Origin: Spirochaetota bacterium
GTDB taxonomy: Bacteria; Spirochaetota; UBA4802; UBA5550
DNA: 64,000 nt
Direction of reading: 5' to 3'
NCBI GenBank assembly: GCA_035403545.1
Contig: DAONFJ010000005.1
Coordinates: forward strand, 3,629-67,628
In this document: positions 36,206-47,413 of the stretch, one piece after another
Layout: every line of letters starts with the position of its first letter
Position numbering within the stretch: the stretch's first letter is position 1
The notes under the pieces: model-generated
Database searches by the model: none
What the model was told of the DNA's origin: nothing
The model's input: only the letters and a program-made list of their open reading frames with translations
Position numbers and translations under genes: made by a program

Positions 36206-37972
36206 TCACATATAATCCAGATAATCCTTCAATTTTCTGGCTCTGGTTGGATGCCTTAATCTTCTTAATGCCTTTGCTTCAATCTGTCTGATCCTCTCTC
36301 TGGTAACTTTAAATACATATCCGACTTCCTCAAGTGTGTGAGAATATCCGTCGTCCAGTCCGAATCTCATTCTTATTACTTTCTGCTCCCGTGCGGGCAG
36401 TGTATTTAAAACTGATACGATCTGTTCATTTAACAATCTATGTGCGGCAGTATTTGCAGGAGAATCTACATCTTTATCTTCGATAAAATCTCCAAGCAGT
36501 GAATCCTCTTCCTCACCTACCGGAGTTTCAAGCGATATCGGCTCACGTGCTACGTTTTTAACTGCCTTTACTTTAGATACAGGCCATCCGAGTCTGTCTG
36601 CCAGTTCTTCCGGGTTCGGTTCTCTCCCGAATTCCTGCTGAAACAGCCTGGTTTCTCTCATTACTTTGTTGATCTGTTCAATCATATGAACAGGGACACG
36701 AATTGTTCTCGCCTGATCGGAAATAGCGCGCGTTATGGCCTGCCTGATCCACCATGTGGCATATGTTGAAAATTTATATCCTTTTCTATATTCAAATTTA
36801 TCAACAGCTTTGATCAGTCCTATATTTCCTTCCTGAATGAGATCAAAAAAATGCATCCCTCTGTTCGCGTACTTTTTAGCTATAGATACTACAAGTCTAA
36901 GATTCGCATTGATCAGTTCTTTTTTAGCTCTTTGAATTTTACGCTGGCCATATGTAATCTGCTTGCCCCATTCCAGGATATCATCGGCATCCGCACCTGC
37001 TTCCTGCTCAATACGTCTGATTTTTCTCTCATTGTTTCTTACATCTTTTACAATTTCGAGAAGTTCATCCTTATCCTGCAGATTCAGCTCTTTTATAATC
37101 TGGTCTATATCTTCATCTTTTTCAACTTTTCTTGCAAAATGTTTCAGTTCTTTTATATCTTTACTGTAAATCTGTTCAATCTCTTTAAAAAACCTGTAAG
37201 TTTCATCAATCCTTTTAACCATGGATTGGATTTTATGAGATAGTTTGCTGATCTCATCTTCACTTATTTCTAGCTCTTCAATAGCCTGTCTTATTTTCTC
37301 TTTAGATTTAGAAATGTCTTCTTTGAGTTTGTCAGATTCAGTTGATTCCTCTTCATACCGTTTTATTTTATTCTGAAGTTTAATAATCTTTGAATCTTCT
37401 TCAATTATGACTTTCATTTTTTCATTATACTTTCTATCAAGGTCTGTAAGATCGATTGATGAAAAATAGTATAATCTATTTATTCTCAGGATTTCTGTCA
37501 GTTTTATTTTACCGCTAGTTACTTTTGAATGATTTTTTATTAATTCATTTGTTAATAAAGTGGATGTGATAACAGCTTTTTCTATAAGGATCTCCCCCTC
37601 TTCAATCCTTTTAGCAAGATCTACCTCCTGCTCTCCGGAGAGAAGTGAAACCCGTCCAATTTCTTTCAGATATAATCTGATCGGGTCATCTACGTGAGAA
37701 GTATCTTCAGCAGCAGATGAAGATTTTCGTGCGGGTGCCGCTTTCTTTTTTACAGCAACTTCAGGTGATGTTTTTTTTGTGGATTCCTCAACGACTTCAA
37801 TACCCATCTGATTCAAAAGTATAAATATATCATCTATTTTTTCTGAATTTAGAAGTTTATCCGGAAGGGTTTCGTTTATTTCATCATAAGTTACTTCATT
37901 ATTAGCTTTACCAATTTCTATTAATTTCTTTACTTCTGCAATGTTTTCAATTACCAGATCACTTTTGCTCAT
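36206..37972 (-). CDS. rpoD: Primary sigma factor RpoD (sigma-70)
   Basis: Region 2 reads [13 protein letters not shown]...[39 protein letters not shown]. Region 4 reads [29 protein letters not shown]. Confidence 0.95.
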   Translation of the reverse strand: MSKSDLVIENIAEVKKLIEIGKANNEVTYDEINETLPDKLLNSEKIDDIFILLNQMGIEVVEESTKKTSPEVAVKKKAAPARKSSSAAEDTSHVDDPIRLYLKEIGRVSLLSGEQEVDLAKRIEEGEILIEKAVITSTLLTNELIKNHSKVTSGKIKLTEILRINRLYYFSSIDLTDLDRKYNEKMKVIIEEDSKIIKLQNKIKRYEEESTESDKLKEDISKSKEKIRQAIEELEISEDEISKLSHKIQSMVKRIDETYRFFKEIEQIYSKDIKELKHFARKVEKDEDIDQIIKELNLQDKDELLEIVKDVRNNERKIRRIEQEAGADADDILEWGKQITYGQRKIQRAKKELINANLRLVVSIAKKYANRGMHFFDLIQEGNIGLIKAVDKFEYRKGYKFSTYATWWIRQAITRAISDQARTIRVPVHMIEQINKVMRETRLFQQEFGREPNPEELADRLGWPVSKVKAVKNVAREPISLETPVGEEEDSLLGDFIEDKDVDSPANTAAHRLLNEQIVSVLNTLPAREQKVIRMRFGLDDGYSHTLEEVGYVFKVTRERIRQIEAKALRRLRHPTRARKLKDYLDYM

Positions 37973-38034
37973 ATTCTGTTTTTAACCTGTTATATAAGAT
38001 TTTGATCGTTTCTTTGCATATTCAAACAGCCTGA

Positions 38035-39834
38035 TTAACTGTTTTTAAGAGATCCTCTATTGTAAATATAGTTAGAGAGTTTTTCTTTTTCACGCCTTAA
38101 AATTTCAATTTCAGCAAGATATTCCAGTCTGTCACTACCAGATTTTTTTACTTTATCAACATATTCAGTAATTTTTTTATCGATGTTGTGTAATTTTAAG
38201 TTTACATAAATTTCTGTGTATGCGGCTTTTGGATCTTCTACTGATGCTTCTTTTTGAATTGTACTATTCAAAAAATCCATTTCGAATCCTTTAGGGAAAA
38301 AGTCAAATATTTTATCTACTCTAAGTTCATTTTCTGTATTATACAATTTTGAAATAACTGTAAAAATCCCCTTTGATAAAGGATCGGCAATATCATCCGG
38401 GGAAAAATCGATCAGAACATCTCCCGTAATTTCCGGATAATGGATAAGCAGGTGGATAAGATCCCGATAAGCTCTTGTCTCATAATGTAATACCTCCCCC
38501 TTTTTGTTTTTTTCTACACTATTGATTTTTTCTCCTTTAACAAATCTTTCATAGTCAGCTCTTAGTGCTTCCTCTTTAATGTTCAGTGCCTGGCTGAGTT
38601 TCGTCAGATAAGAACTTTTTTCAGCTTCCGTAGATTTTGTTGTATCAGCAGAATATGAAATACTTCTGATGATTGCAAAAAGTTCACCGAGCAGACTTAC
38701 ATTGTCTCTTCCCCGGTTTTTATCAAGAACGTTCCGGATTTTAAAATCGACCGGTTTTTCTGCGGTGTCAATAACTGCCATTAACTCCCGTACGCCCTTT
38801 TTTAGAATAAAATCAAATGGATCATCCTGCGGTAAAACAGCTATCCGGACGTCCACATTGAAAAGTTTTGATGTCTCTATCGATTTTAATGCCGCATTAA
38901 TACCGGCTGAATCTGAGTCAAAAAGCATTATTACTTCATTGCATAATTGAGAAAGAATTTTTATATGGCTCTCGGTAAGAGCTGTACCAAGGGGAGCTAC
39001 AACATTCATTACACCGCCCTGGTGGCATCCTATTACATCCAGGTAACCTTCAACAATTATTGCTCTGTCTAATTCTTTTATATCGTTCTGAGCGAAATTT
39101 AAACCATAAAGTATATTTCTTTTCTGATACACTTCGGACTCTGGAGAGTTGAGATACTTGGGCTGATTTTCACTTGAAATCGCACGGCCTCCGAAAGCAA
39201 TAACATTGTTGCTTCTGTCAAAAATCGGGAAAATTACACGGTTTCTGAATTTATCAAAATAGCTTCCCTGGTATTTCTGCGACTTGCCTATCAGTCCGAT
39301 TTTTTCTGCAAGTTCGAGATCGGCATTGTTCTTTTTTAAATTTGCTGATAACCGGTCCCATGAATCAGGAGAATAACCGAGCTTAAAAGAATTTATTGCA
39401 TCCTCGGTAACACCTCTATCAATGAGATATTTTTTCCCCGCTGAACCATCACCTGATGCCAGATATGCCTGATAAAAACTCATCGCATATTTGTTTATTC
39501 TTCTGATTGCCGGGATTGCAGACGAGGCTTCATCATTTTCTTCGTTAATATATATACCTGCCATGTCCGCAATTCTTTTAACACTTTCTAGAAATCCGAT
39601 ATTCTCGATTTTAGAGATAAAAGTGAAAATATTTCCTCCGGTGTTGCATCCGAAACATTGGAATATCTGTTTATCCGGAGAGATGGAAAATGAAGGCGTC
39701 TTTTCTTTATGAAACGGGCATAACCCTGTATAATTTTTCCCTTTCTTCTTAAGAGAAGGAATATATCTTGATGCCAGATCTTCAAGCCTGACGCTTCCCC
39801 TTATTTTTTCTATTGTTTCTTTTTCAAGGTACAA
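38035..39834 (-). CDS. dnaG: DNA primase
   Basis: Zn finger CPFHKEKTPSFSISPDKQIFQCFGC, a TOPRIM domain (IIVEGYLDVI...LFDSDSAG), and the dnaG-rpoD gene order. The listed start is TTG. Confidence 0.9.
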   Translation of the reverse strand: MYLEKETIEKIRGSVRLEDLASRYIPSLKKKGKNYTGLCPFHKEKTPSFSISPDKQIFQCFGCNTGGNIFTFISKIENIGFLESVKRIADMAGIYINEENDEASSAIPAIRRINKYAMSFYQAYLASGDGSAGKKYLIDRGVTEDAINSFKLGYSPDSWDRLSANLKKNNADLELAEKIGLIGKSQKYQGSYFDKFRNRVIFPIFDRSNNVIAFGGRAISSENQPKYLNSPESEVYQKRNILYGLNFAQNDIKELDRAIIVEGYLDVIGCHQGGVMNVVAPLGTALTESHIKILSQLCNEVIMLFDSDSAGINAALKSIETSKLFNVDVRIAVLPQDDPFDFILKKGVRELMAVIDTAEKPVDFKIRNVLDKNRGRDNVSLLGELFAIIRSISYSADTTKSTEAEKSSYLTKLSQALNIKEEALRADYERFVKGEKINSVEKNKKGEVLHYETRAYRDLIHLLIHYPEITGDVLIDFSPDDIADPLSKGIFTVISKLYNTENELRVDKIFDFFPKGFEMDFLNSTIQKEASVEDPKAAYTEIYVNLKLHNIDKKITEYVDKVKKSGSDRLEYLAEIEILRREKEKLSNYIYNRGSLKNS

Positions 39835-40168
39835 ATTATTTTACCATTTCTATTCTTTATGAGTTCTTAAACCGGAAATCAATCAGGAATCAGTTTGAAA
39901 TATTTTCAGGAATTAAAACTTATCTTTTATTATGAAGGGATTGACCTTCCGGAGTTTCAAAAAATTTATGCTTTGTTGATGTTTTTTAAAATATTGTTTC
40001 TAGATTTATATGAATGAGATTTTAAGATGCAGCTTTGTTATTAATTACATAATATATTCAATATGTCAATAATACAATAAATAAATTTTGACAAATCAGT
40101 AATAAAATTCAATCGTTGTTTTTCTATCGTGTCGATAAATCAATAAAGAGGAAATTTTTGAGGTAAAT

Positions 40169-41170
40169 ATGAAGAAAGTTTTAATCATCCTTTCAGCAGT
40201 AGTAGTATTGTTTGCGGCTGGCACAATAACTATAAATTATATAAACGCTGAAAATATCAAAACGGATAATACATCCACTCTCATAAAAGGTTCAACCAAA
40301 CCGGTAAGTTCAAATCAGAATTATAAATTCCCCGAATTCTATCGCGGAATATATTTAACTGTTACTTCAGCAAATAGTATGACAAAACTCAAAGAGTTTG
40401 CTGAAAGAGCAAAGGCGTCTAATATAAATACATTTGTTCTTGATGTTCAGAGCTCAAAGTTCGCTAAATGCATAGTTCCTGCCGAAAATGTTCAATTCTG
40501 TAAGGATAACGGTATTCATCCGATTGCACGAATAGTAATATTTCCTGACGGTTTGAAAAACTGGCCGGTTTCGGAAGAATATATTAAGGAGAAACTTGAT
40601 ATCGCTGAAAGTGCATGTGTAAATGGATTTACTGAAATTCAGTTTGATTACATAAGATTCAATGATTCAAATGCAAATAAAAGTTTAAAAATAAAACAGA
40701 GATATGAATTTATTGAAAATTTTATATCAAGTGCAAGATCCCGCCTTAAAGGGTACAATGTGAGGATTGGTGCTGACATCTTCGGCCGCATACCTTTATG
40801 GGAAGATGATATCATCGGACAGAAAATGGAGAGTCTTGACAAAGTTGCGGATATTATATGCCCAATGGCTTATCCCTCTCACTATACGTGGAGTAAAAAG
40901 ATGATGAAAGACCCATATTCTACAGTATTAGTGACATCGCAAAAAGCAAAAGCGCGAGTTAAAAATGCACAGATTGTTTCATGGATTCAGGCTTTCAAAA
41001 TGAAGCTTTATGATATTCCATATGATAAATATATAAATGATCAGCTTAGAGCTGCTCATGATGCCGGGATAAAAGGTTATTTTCTCTGGAATGCACGTCA
41101 GGACTATGATGTACCTTTACAGGTAGTAAGAAATTTTTATGCAAAGAACAGTGCTCTCGCAAAAAAATAA
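40169..41170 (+). CDS. Secreted TIM-barrel glycoside-hydrolase-like protein (DUF4015/GHL-type)
   Basis: Signal/TM N-terminus, then RGIYLT, NTFVLDVQ, IARIVIFPD, FTEIQFDYIRF, ADIFG, ICPMAYPSHY. This is my recollection of the putative-glycosyl-hydrolase DUF4015 pattern. Confidence 0.5.
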   Translation: MKKVLIILSAVVVLFAAGTITINYINAENIKTDNTSTLIKGSTKPVSSNQNYKFPEFYRGIYLTVTSANSMTKLKEFAERAKASNINTFVLDVQSSKFAKCIVPAENVQFCKDNGIHPIARIVIFPDGLKNWPVSEEYIKEKLDIAESACVNGFTEIQFDYIRFNDSNANKSLKIKQRYEFIENFISSARSRLKGYNVRIGADIFGRIPLWEDDIIGQKMESLDKVADIICPMAYPSHYTWSKKMMKDPYSTVLVTSQKAKARVKNAQIVSWIQAFKMKLYDIPYDKYINDQLRAAHDAGIKGYFLWNARQDYDVPLQVVRNFYAKNSALAKK

Positions 41171-41196
41171 CAACAAATATAAAATATAATCTGAAT

Positions 41197-41226
41197 AAAA
41201 AAATCGGTATTGCTGCCGATTTTTTT
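41197..41226. terminator. Bidirectional intrinsic terminator between convergent genes
   Basis: AAAAAAATCGG, loop tattgctg, then CCGATTTTTTT. This is a perfect A-tract/stem/T-tract hairpin, and it overlaps the stop codon of the minus-strand lipoprotein gene. Confidence 0.55.
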
Positions 41227-41668
41227 ATTCTATAGTCATGCTGTAGGAGGATGTACCTGATTTTGAGGATTTCAGTTTTACTTTCACAATTCTGTCTTTA
41301 TCGATATTTATATAAATAAAATCCGGTTTCGGCTGATCAATATTGTTCATCTTAACATACCTTCCAAGGCTTTCATTCAATACCCACTTCTCAACTTTTA
41401 TTAAATGACGGTTGGATGTAAGCTGGGTATCGAAATATTTTTCCTGAGACTCCAGGCCGGTTGTTGTTCTTCCAGATTCAATCTTGTCAACATAAATCAT
41501 GTAATAACATCTTCTATCATTTTCAGGATTATCTATATCTGAATCATAAATTGAAATGAAAAAATTATTTTCACCCTCAATCTTCCTGTTTGTTTCTTTT
41601 TCAGTGGTTTTGCACCCGAAGATGCTGATACAGATAATTAAACATAGAATTTTAAAATTCAGATGCAT
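41225..41668 (-). CDS. Small lipoprotein, unknown function
   Basis: Lipobox ISIFGC at aa 14-19. The start overlaps the upstream gene's stop by 1 nt. Confidence 0.5.
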   Translation of the reverse strand: MHLNFKILCLIICISIFGCKTTEKETNRKIEGENNFFISIYDSDIDNPENDRRCYYMIYVDKIESGRTTTGLESQEKYFDTQLTSNRHLIKVEKWVLNESLGRYVKMNNIDQPKPDFIYINIDKDRIVKVKLKSSKSGTSSYSMTIE

Positions 41669-43227
41669 TATAAATCCTCGATAGTAATAATATATGGAAA
41701 TTCAAAATTTGCGACTATTGGTTCAACTATAATATAACCTTTCTTATCAAAAATTTCATTAAATGATATCTCTTCATCTGATTCTATCTCTTTTGATTTA
41801 ATTATAAATCCCAGCTGATCAGTAGTTGAAATTTTAATCTTACCATCTTTGACGCCTCTTACAGAAATCTTAACCTTTTGTCTTCCTTCATATTTTATAA
41901 GATAATAGTCGATATCGTTTTTATATGTTATAAAACCGGTTATTGAATTGTTAATGAGATTGGCTGTGTTTTTTGAGTTATTAGGTTCAATTTCAAGAAC
42001 CTCATTTGATTCAAACTTTTCAATAGCAAGCGTGTATTGTGATTCCGAAGCTGCAAGTGAAGAAGCTGAGACAGAAAAATATACAGAATTTTTAATCATG
42101 AAATATGGAATCGTTTCACTTCCTCCCGGACCAGAATTGTTTATTTCGAATAACTTATTTCTGTTATTATCATATACCGTCATAATAATATCCAGTCCCT
42201 CAACTCCCGAACATCCAGCTTTATAATATTTGTTTTTGAACGGCGGTATAAACTGGTAGAAATCCTGATCTCCTGGACTATTGATTTTACCGGTTATTAT
42301 GTTATTTGAAATGATATTAGCTTTTTCGAAACTGTTATTTAATTCCAGTTCGGAATTCTGGTTGTAAGTTTTGTAATCCAGTTGAAGTTCATATGGAGTG
42401 TCGTGATTAAAGAGGAAATTTTTCGAACTCACCTGTATATAATAAATTCCAGATTCCTTTATTCCGAAATCTGTAATTATTTCTCCTTCGCCTGTTCCGG
42501 CGCTGTCAACGTTTATGATCTCTTCCATCGCGCTATTTAAGACTGATACGACGGAATCGACTCCGGTGACTCCGGATAATTTTAAATCAATTAACACCGG
42601 GGTATTGTCAGAAATATTAATATTAAATTTATACCAGTCGATCTCCTTCATCCTGCTAATCGGGTCGTTGTTCAGACTATTTTGTGCCGGGGAGAAATAT
42701 CCCATTGTCTGAGATTTATCTCCGATCTCAGTTGCCGAATATGGATTATCATTAGGTTCTTTTTCTTCATTCAGATATGATCGTGATGTGATTAATAATT
42801 TATAAGGAGTTTCAATGTTTCCTTTTTTAATATCCCTGCTGCCGTGGGTAATTGTAAAAATATACTGGCCGGATTGAACATAAAGGTTTGCAAATGTTTC
42901 AGATGAAGATTTTCTGTTGTCATCAATTACTTTTATCAGTTGAGGTTTTGAATTTTCATTCTTAAATATATTTATAGAATGGTTTACACCCTTTATGCCG
43001 CTTAATTCTATTTTAAGAATCTGCTCTTCGTCAATATTCAGATAATAGTTATCTATATCATTTTCGCTCTCAAGATAACCTGTAATTTCTTTATTGATCT
43101 CAATTTGATTCGCATTTGAAAATGTATTATTCGGTTCTGTCTCGGAATTTTTAGATATTTTACACGACATTGTAAAAGATAAAAATATAATCAATAATAT
43201 TGACTTTTTATAGCCGTTCATATACAA
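41668..43227 (-). CDS. Lipoprotein with four PPC-like (pre-peptidase C-terminal type) repeats
   Basis: Lipobox FTMSC. There are four repeats, each opening with EPNN/EPND/ELNN...A..I...G, then a D.D.Y motif (DIDNYYL, IDWYKF, DQDFYQF, DIDYYLI). Confidence 0.6.
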   Translation of the reverse strand: MYMNGYKKSILLIIFLSFTMSCKISKNSETEPNNTFSNANQIEINKEITGYLESENDIDNYYLNIDEEQILKIELSGIKGVNHSINIFKNENSKPQLIKVIDDNRKSSSETFANLYVQSGQYIFTITHGSRDIKKGNIETPYKLLITSRSYLNEEKEPNDNPYSATEIGDKSQTMGYFSPAQNSLNNDPISRMKEIDWYKFNINISDNTPVLIDLKLSGVTGVDSVVSVLNSAMEEIINVDSAGTGEGEIITDFGIKESGIYYIQVSSKNFLFNHDTPYELQLDYKTYNQNSELELNNSFEKANIISNNIITGKINSPGDQDFYQFIPPFKNKYYKAGCSGVEGLDIIMTVYDNNRNKLFEINNSGPGGSETIPYFMIKNSVYFSVSASSLAASESQYTLAIEKFESNEVLEIEPNNSKNTANLINNSITGFITYKNDIDYYLIKYEGRQKVKISVRGVKDGKIKISTTDQLGFIIKSKEIESDEEISFNEIFDKKGYIIVEPIVANFEFPYIITIEDL

Positions 43228-43395
43228 TCCTTAAAATATGATATCTAACACAATTAGTAATGAAAGATTAAGTCAATTAGATTTTTTGATACCGCGCTTC
43301 AATTGCTGACGGAAATAATGCATCATATTCTTTTGATTATGCCTATTCAGATTTGTTAATAGTTTTACGGTTATTATAATAAATATAAGGATTAT

Positions 43396-44523
43396 ATGAA
43401 AATCTATATAGAAAATATAGCTTATGGCGGATACGGTGTCGGTAGAATCGACGGGAAAGCTGTTTTTGTAGATTATGCACTCCCCGGAGATGAACTCGAT
43501 ATTGAGATTTATGAAGAGAGAAAAAATTATTCCTTTGCAAAATGTTCCGAAGTGCTGAATCCGTCAGATAAAAGAATAAAATCTCCATGCCCGAATTTTG
43601 AAATTTGCGGCGGATGTTCCTATCTGAATACAAGCTATCCGGATGAGATTGAATTTAAGAAATCAATTCTGATCGATCAGCTGACGAGGATTGCTTCCAT
43701 CGAACTCCCTCCTGAAATAAAAATTCTCTCCGGTGAAAGATATCATTACAGGAGTCATTCCAGTATTAAATGTAACGGTGAACTTATCGGTTTTTATGGC
43801 AGAGATAGTAATAACATCATTCCCTTCCCTGATTCTGGTTGTTTACTGATTGCGCGCAGTTTAATTTATGGTACAAATACTTTAAAGAATAAAGATCTTC
43901 ATGGTGATTTAAAAATAGCTGAAGACTGGAAAGAAAATTTTTTTTACAACGATCAGAAACAAAATATTATAGAAGAGAGAGTTGGAGAGTATTATTACAA
44001 AAGAGATATAAATGGTTTTTTTCAAAGCAATAAATTTCTAAGAAAGCAGATGTCTGATTTAGTATGCGGCTATAGTGAGCTTACCGAAAAGGATGAATTT
44101 ACTGATATATGTGCCGGATGCGGTTTTTTCACAATTCCGCTGTCAAAACAGGCTTCTCGTGGGACAGGTTATGATATTGACAGGGGAAGCATCGAATATG
44201 CGAAGAAAAATGCCTTATTAAACAATTGTGATAATTTGAGATTTTTCTCTCTCCCCGAATCTGAAATTAATCCTGCGAGGTTGAATCCGAAAACTGTTGT
44301 GGTTGATCCTCCGAGGAGCGGAATTTCGAAAAGAGGAAGAAAAACGATCAATGCAATAAATCCTGAAATCATTGTATATGTTTCATGCAATCCGTCTACA
44401 TTTTCAAGAGATATTGTTGATTTCTACAAAAATGGTTATTCATTAAGTGAAATTACGCTGATAGATATGTTTCCCTGTACTCACCATATTGAGATTGTTA
44501 GTCAGCTCAAAAAAAAATTATAG
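43396..44523 (+). CDS. TRAM-domain RNA (uracil-5)-methyltransferase, RumA/RlmD/TrmA family
   Basis: TRAM N-terminus (GYGVGRIDGKAVFVDYALPGDELDIEI), Cys cluster CPNFEICGGCS, FFQSN, DPPRSG, VYVSCNPSTFSRD, DMFPCTHHIE. Confidence 0.8.
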   Translation: MKIYIENIAYGGYGVGRIDGKAVFVDYALPGDELDIEIYEERKNYSFAKCSEVLNPSDKRIKSPCPNFEICGGCSYLNTSYPDEIEFKKSILIDQLTRIASIELPPEIKILSGERYHYRSHSSIKCNGELIGFYGRDSNNIIPFPDSGCLLIARSLIYGTNTLKNKDLHGDLKIAEDWKENFFYNDQKQNIIEERVGEYYYKRDINGFFQSNKFLRKQMSDLVCGYSELTEKDEFTDICAGCGFFTIPLSKQASRGTGYDIDRGSIEYAKKNALLNNCDNLRFFSLPESEINPARLNPKTVVVDPPRSGISKRGRKTINAINPEIIVYVSCNPSTFSRDIVDFYKNGYSLSEITLIDMFPCTHHIEIVSQLKKKL

Positions 44524-44976
44524 ATGCCCGTAAAGCAGCATATTAACCAGTCTTGCAATAAAGTAAGATCCTACCATAAGAAAAAAAGGCATTGTTAATA
44601 TCAGAGTCAGAAATTCGTGCGGTTTGATTACCCCTTTTTCGTATACTTTTTTACCGAAAAAATTGATTGAATAGAACTGAGGATCTTTTGACCTTTTATA
44701 AATTTTCATTATTGTACTTATTTTTATAAAGAGAATAAAGATAAGTACAAAACCGGAGACTATCCATAAAATAAACTTTATATCAATTGCAGCTAAAGAC
44801 GAAGAATCCTTAAAAATAGCAACGCTGGTGATTATCATGAGTACTGTATTAATGATAAAAGTCCCCAGAAATGTCCTGTAATAACTTTCACTTTTAGTGG
44901 AAAGATATTGAATTATTACAAGAATCTGAAGGCAGAAAGAAAACGAGAGTGTAATTAATAATATAAATATAAACAT
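44518..44976 (-). CDS. Integral membrane protein, unknown function
   Basis: Four hydrophobic segments. It is the last gene of a minus-strand string. Confidence 0.4.
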   Translation of the reverse strand: MFIFILLITLSFSFCLQILVIIQYLSTKSESYYRTFLGTFIINTVLMIITSVAIFKDSSSLAAIDIKFILWIVSGFVLIFILFIKISTIMKIYKRSKDPQFYSINFFGKKVYEKGVIKPHEFLTLILTMPFFLMVGSYFIARLVNMLLYGHL

Positions 44977-45040
44977 ATACGTTTTTACCGTCTTATGTTT
45001 ATATTTTTAAGAATAAAATGTCAAGAAACTATTACTGTAG

Positions 45041-46099
45041 CTATTCATATGGCTTAATAATTTCCAGAGCTTTCTGGTTGGCTGGGTCTGATTCAGATGC
45101 TTTTTTCGCGTAATACAATCCTTTTTCTTTATTATTATGTTTATTGTAGAGTTCTGATAACCTTATGTTGGCTCCTGCATGGGATTGGTCAAGCTCGATT
45201 ACTTTCAGAAACATATCCCGTGCCAGTTTTTCATCATCGGTTTTATTGTCAATATTGCGATAGTAGAATTCCCCAAGAAGGTAGTTAACCTCAACAGAAT
45301 TTTTATGAACCCTTAAGGCTTCTTTGCAGAATTTGATCCCTTCTTTCCTGAATTTTACCCGGTTTTCAAAAAGGTTAACGTTTCTATAAGCTTCAATTGC
45401 CCTGATCTCGGCAAGAGATTTCAGAAGAATAAAGCGGTCTTCATTATCATACAGGCTGCTGATGCTGTTATACGCAGCTATCAGTTCAGCGTAGGCAAAA
45501 TTGTAGATTTCATCTTTGTAATATACCAGGCCAAGTGCAAGTCTAGGAGATGGATTACTCCGGTCCATCTCTATTGCTTTTTTATATTCGGCGATTGCCT
45601 TTCCTTTATCACCTGTCCGGTAATAGTAATCACCGCGTGTTTTATAGATAAATGAGTCTCCTGCTTTGTCATCAGCAACTGCTTTAACTACTCTATAGCC
45701 TTCATTGCTAAGTTTAAAGTTTCCATAACCGATGAGCATGTTACCCATTGTTTTATTGTCAAAAATGTATTTCACCTGAAGTTTTGATACAACCAGATTA
45801 TTCGGATCTATTACATAGAGAGTGTTCTCTGAATGCAGGCCTTCGTTGTCAATAAGTCTTACAGTTGCTTTGGTTTTGTCCTGAATCATGCCGGACAATT
45901 CGTTTTCAGGCAGTGCCTCACTGGTGGATATTGAAATAATTTTACCTTTGACCAGAGCATCCTGTCCAACTTTGTCGCTGTATGAGAAATAGATTTTTGT
46001 TTTAAGATTTGCATTATCATACTTTAAATTTGCAGATAGCGGGAGTGCTGTAAGAGTAATTGCAAGTAAAGCTATAAATTTTTTCATTTTGTAATTCAT
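45041..46099 (-). CDS. Secreted TPR-repeat protein
   Basis: Signal peptide, and the C-terminal half has TPR-like repeats (GDKGKAIAEYKKAIEMD, EKGLYYAKKASESDP). The ATG overlaps the upstream stop (TAATG). Confidence 0.5.
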   Translation of the reverse strand: MNYKMKKFIALLAITLTALPLSANLKYDNANLKTKIYFSYSDKVGQDALVKGKIISISTSEALPENELSGMIQDKTKATVRLIDNEGLHSENTLYVIDPNNLVVSKLQVKYIFDNKTMGNMLIGYGNFKLSNEGYRVVKAVADDKAGDSFIYKTRGDYYYRTGDKGKAIAEYKKAIEMDRSNPSPRLALGLVYYKDEIYNFAYAELIAAYNSISSLYDNEDRFILLKSLAEIRAIEAYRNVNLFENRVKFRKEGIKFCKEALRVHKNSVEVNYLLGEFYYRNIDNKTDDEKLARDMFLKVIELDQSHAGANIRLSELYNKHNNKEKGLYYAKKASESDPANQKALEIIKPYE

Positions 46100-47190
46100 T
46101 ATTTTAATATCCTTAATGGATTGAGCGGAACAATTCCTTTTCTGATTTCGAAATGAAGGTGTGCCCCTGTTACGGCACCCGTTTTACCTGATAGGCCGAT
46201 TTTCTGGCCTTTCTTTATCTTCTCGTTAACATCAACCAGATTTTTGCTGTTATGAGCATAAATAGTAAGATAATTATTTTTGTGTGAAATGACAATCATA
46301 TTTCCGTACGCGTCTTTCCATCCGCTGAATATTACAGTACCATCTCCTGCAGATTTTACGACAGTACCTTCTTCAGCTCCAATATCCAGCCCGCAATGAA
46401 ATTTTTTATCACCGGAAAATGGATGTGTTCTTATACCGAATCCTGACGTAACGGGCCCGCGTAGAGGCCACGCTAGTACAACTTTGCCACTGGATGATTT
46501 TTCTTTTGTTTTATCGTTAACAGCGACTTGTTCAGTGTTTTTTTCTGCCCGTTCATATTTTTTGATTTTCGCGGGTACTTCTCTTACCGGCTCCACGGCC
46601 TCCGGCAGGAAAATTTTTCTTCCTGCGATTATTTTTCTTCCGTCAATATTGTTGTGCTCTGCAATTACATCAATTTCAGTTTTAAATTTCTGCGATATTT
46701 TTGTAAGAGTGTCACCTTTTCTGATTTTATAAAAGATCCCCTTTTTCGACGGTATCAATATTAGATCATTCTCTTTCAAACGGTTCGGGTTTTTTATATT
46801 ATTAATTTCGATCAGCATATTCAGGCTGGTATTGGATTTTTTTGCGATCTGCCAGAGATTTTCATTATGTTTAATCCGGTACTCTATAAGGTGAAACCTT
46901 TTATCTGAACCTGATATTTTTTTTAATTTGTTTTTGGTGTCGCCGGTAATTTCAGGTTTTGTTTTTTTAGAAAAATTATCATCGAAGGAATTATCGAAAA
47001 TAATTTCACCTTCACCGGATTCCTGATCTGATATTGAAGGATCGGAATTGCTTTCCATCTGAAGATTATTGATTATATACGAATTTGTAATCGGATCATT
47101 CCTCTTTTCGGCAGAAAAAAGATTCAGATTAAAAATTATACAAATGAATAGAATGATTAATAAATTCAGTGACAGATGTTTTACTTTCAT
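46099..47190 (-). CDS. LysM-domain M23 metallopeptidase (murein DD-endopeptidase type)
   Basis: Two LysM repeats (YRIKHNENLWQIAKK; YKIRKGDTLTKISQKF). M23 motifs HCGLDIGA, GNMIVISH, IYAHNS and GAHLHFEIR. Confidence 0.85.
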   Translation of the reverse strand: MKVKHLSLNLLIILFICIIFNLNLFSAEKRNDPITNSYIINNLQMESNSDPSISDQESGEGEIIFDNSFDDNFSKKTKPEITGDTKNKLKKISGSDKRFHLIEYRIKHNENLWQIAKKSNTSLNMLIEINNIKNPNRLKENDLILIPSKKGIFYKIRKGDTLTKISQKFKTEIDVIAEHNNIDGRKIIAGRKIFLPEAVEPVREVPAKIKKYERAEKNTEQVAVNDKTKEKSSSGKVVLAWPLRGPVTSGFGIRTHPFSGDKKFHCGLDIGAEEGTVVKSAGDGTVIFSGWKDAYGNMIVISHKNNYLTIYAHNSKNLVDVNEKIKKGQKIGLSGKTGAVTGAHLHFEIRKGIVPLNPLRILK

Positions 47191-47413
47191 ACTTATTTAA
47201 TCGGATTTTTCGCTGAATTACTTTATAACGAAAGTATTATTATACCCTGATGTTTTTTATAAAATCCGGTTATTGACAATGCCGCGGGTTGTACTGATAT
47301 AAAGAGTGATTGTTAAAATGCAGCATTAACTGAAGAACTTGTATCTACAGCTGAAACGCTAAGCGATAATTTATCCGGGATGTGTCACATGATGAAATAG
47401 ACCGGATTACAGA

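Noticed and set aside
36851-37243. 130-aa and 68-aa plus-strand ORFs antisense to rpoD.
   Set aside because: They lie within the unmistakable rpoD coding region. Their F/L/I/S-rich composition is typical of the reverse frame of an acidic coiled-coil insert.
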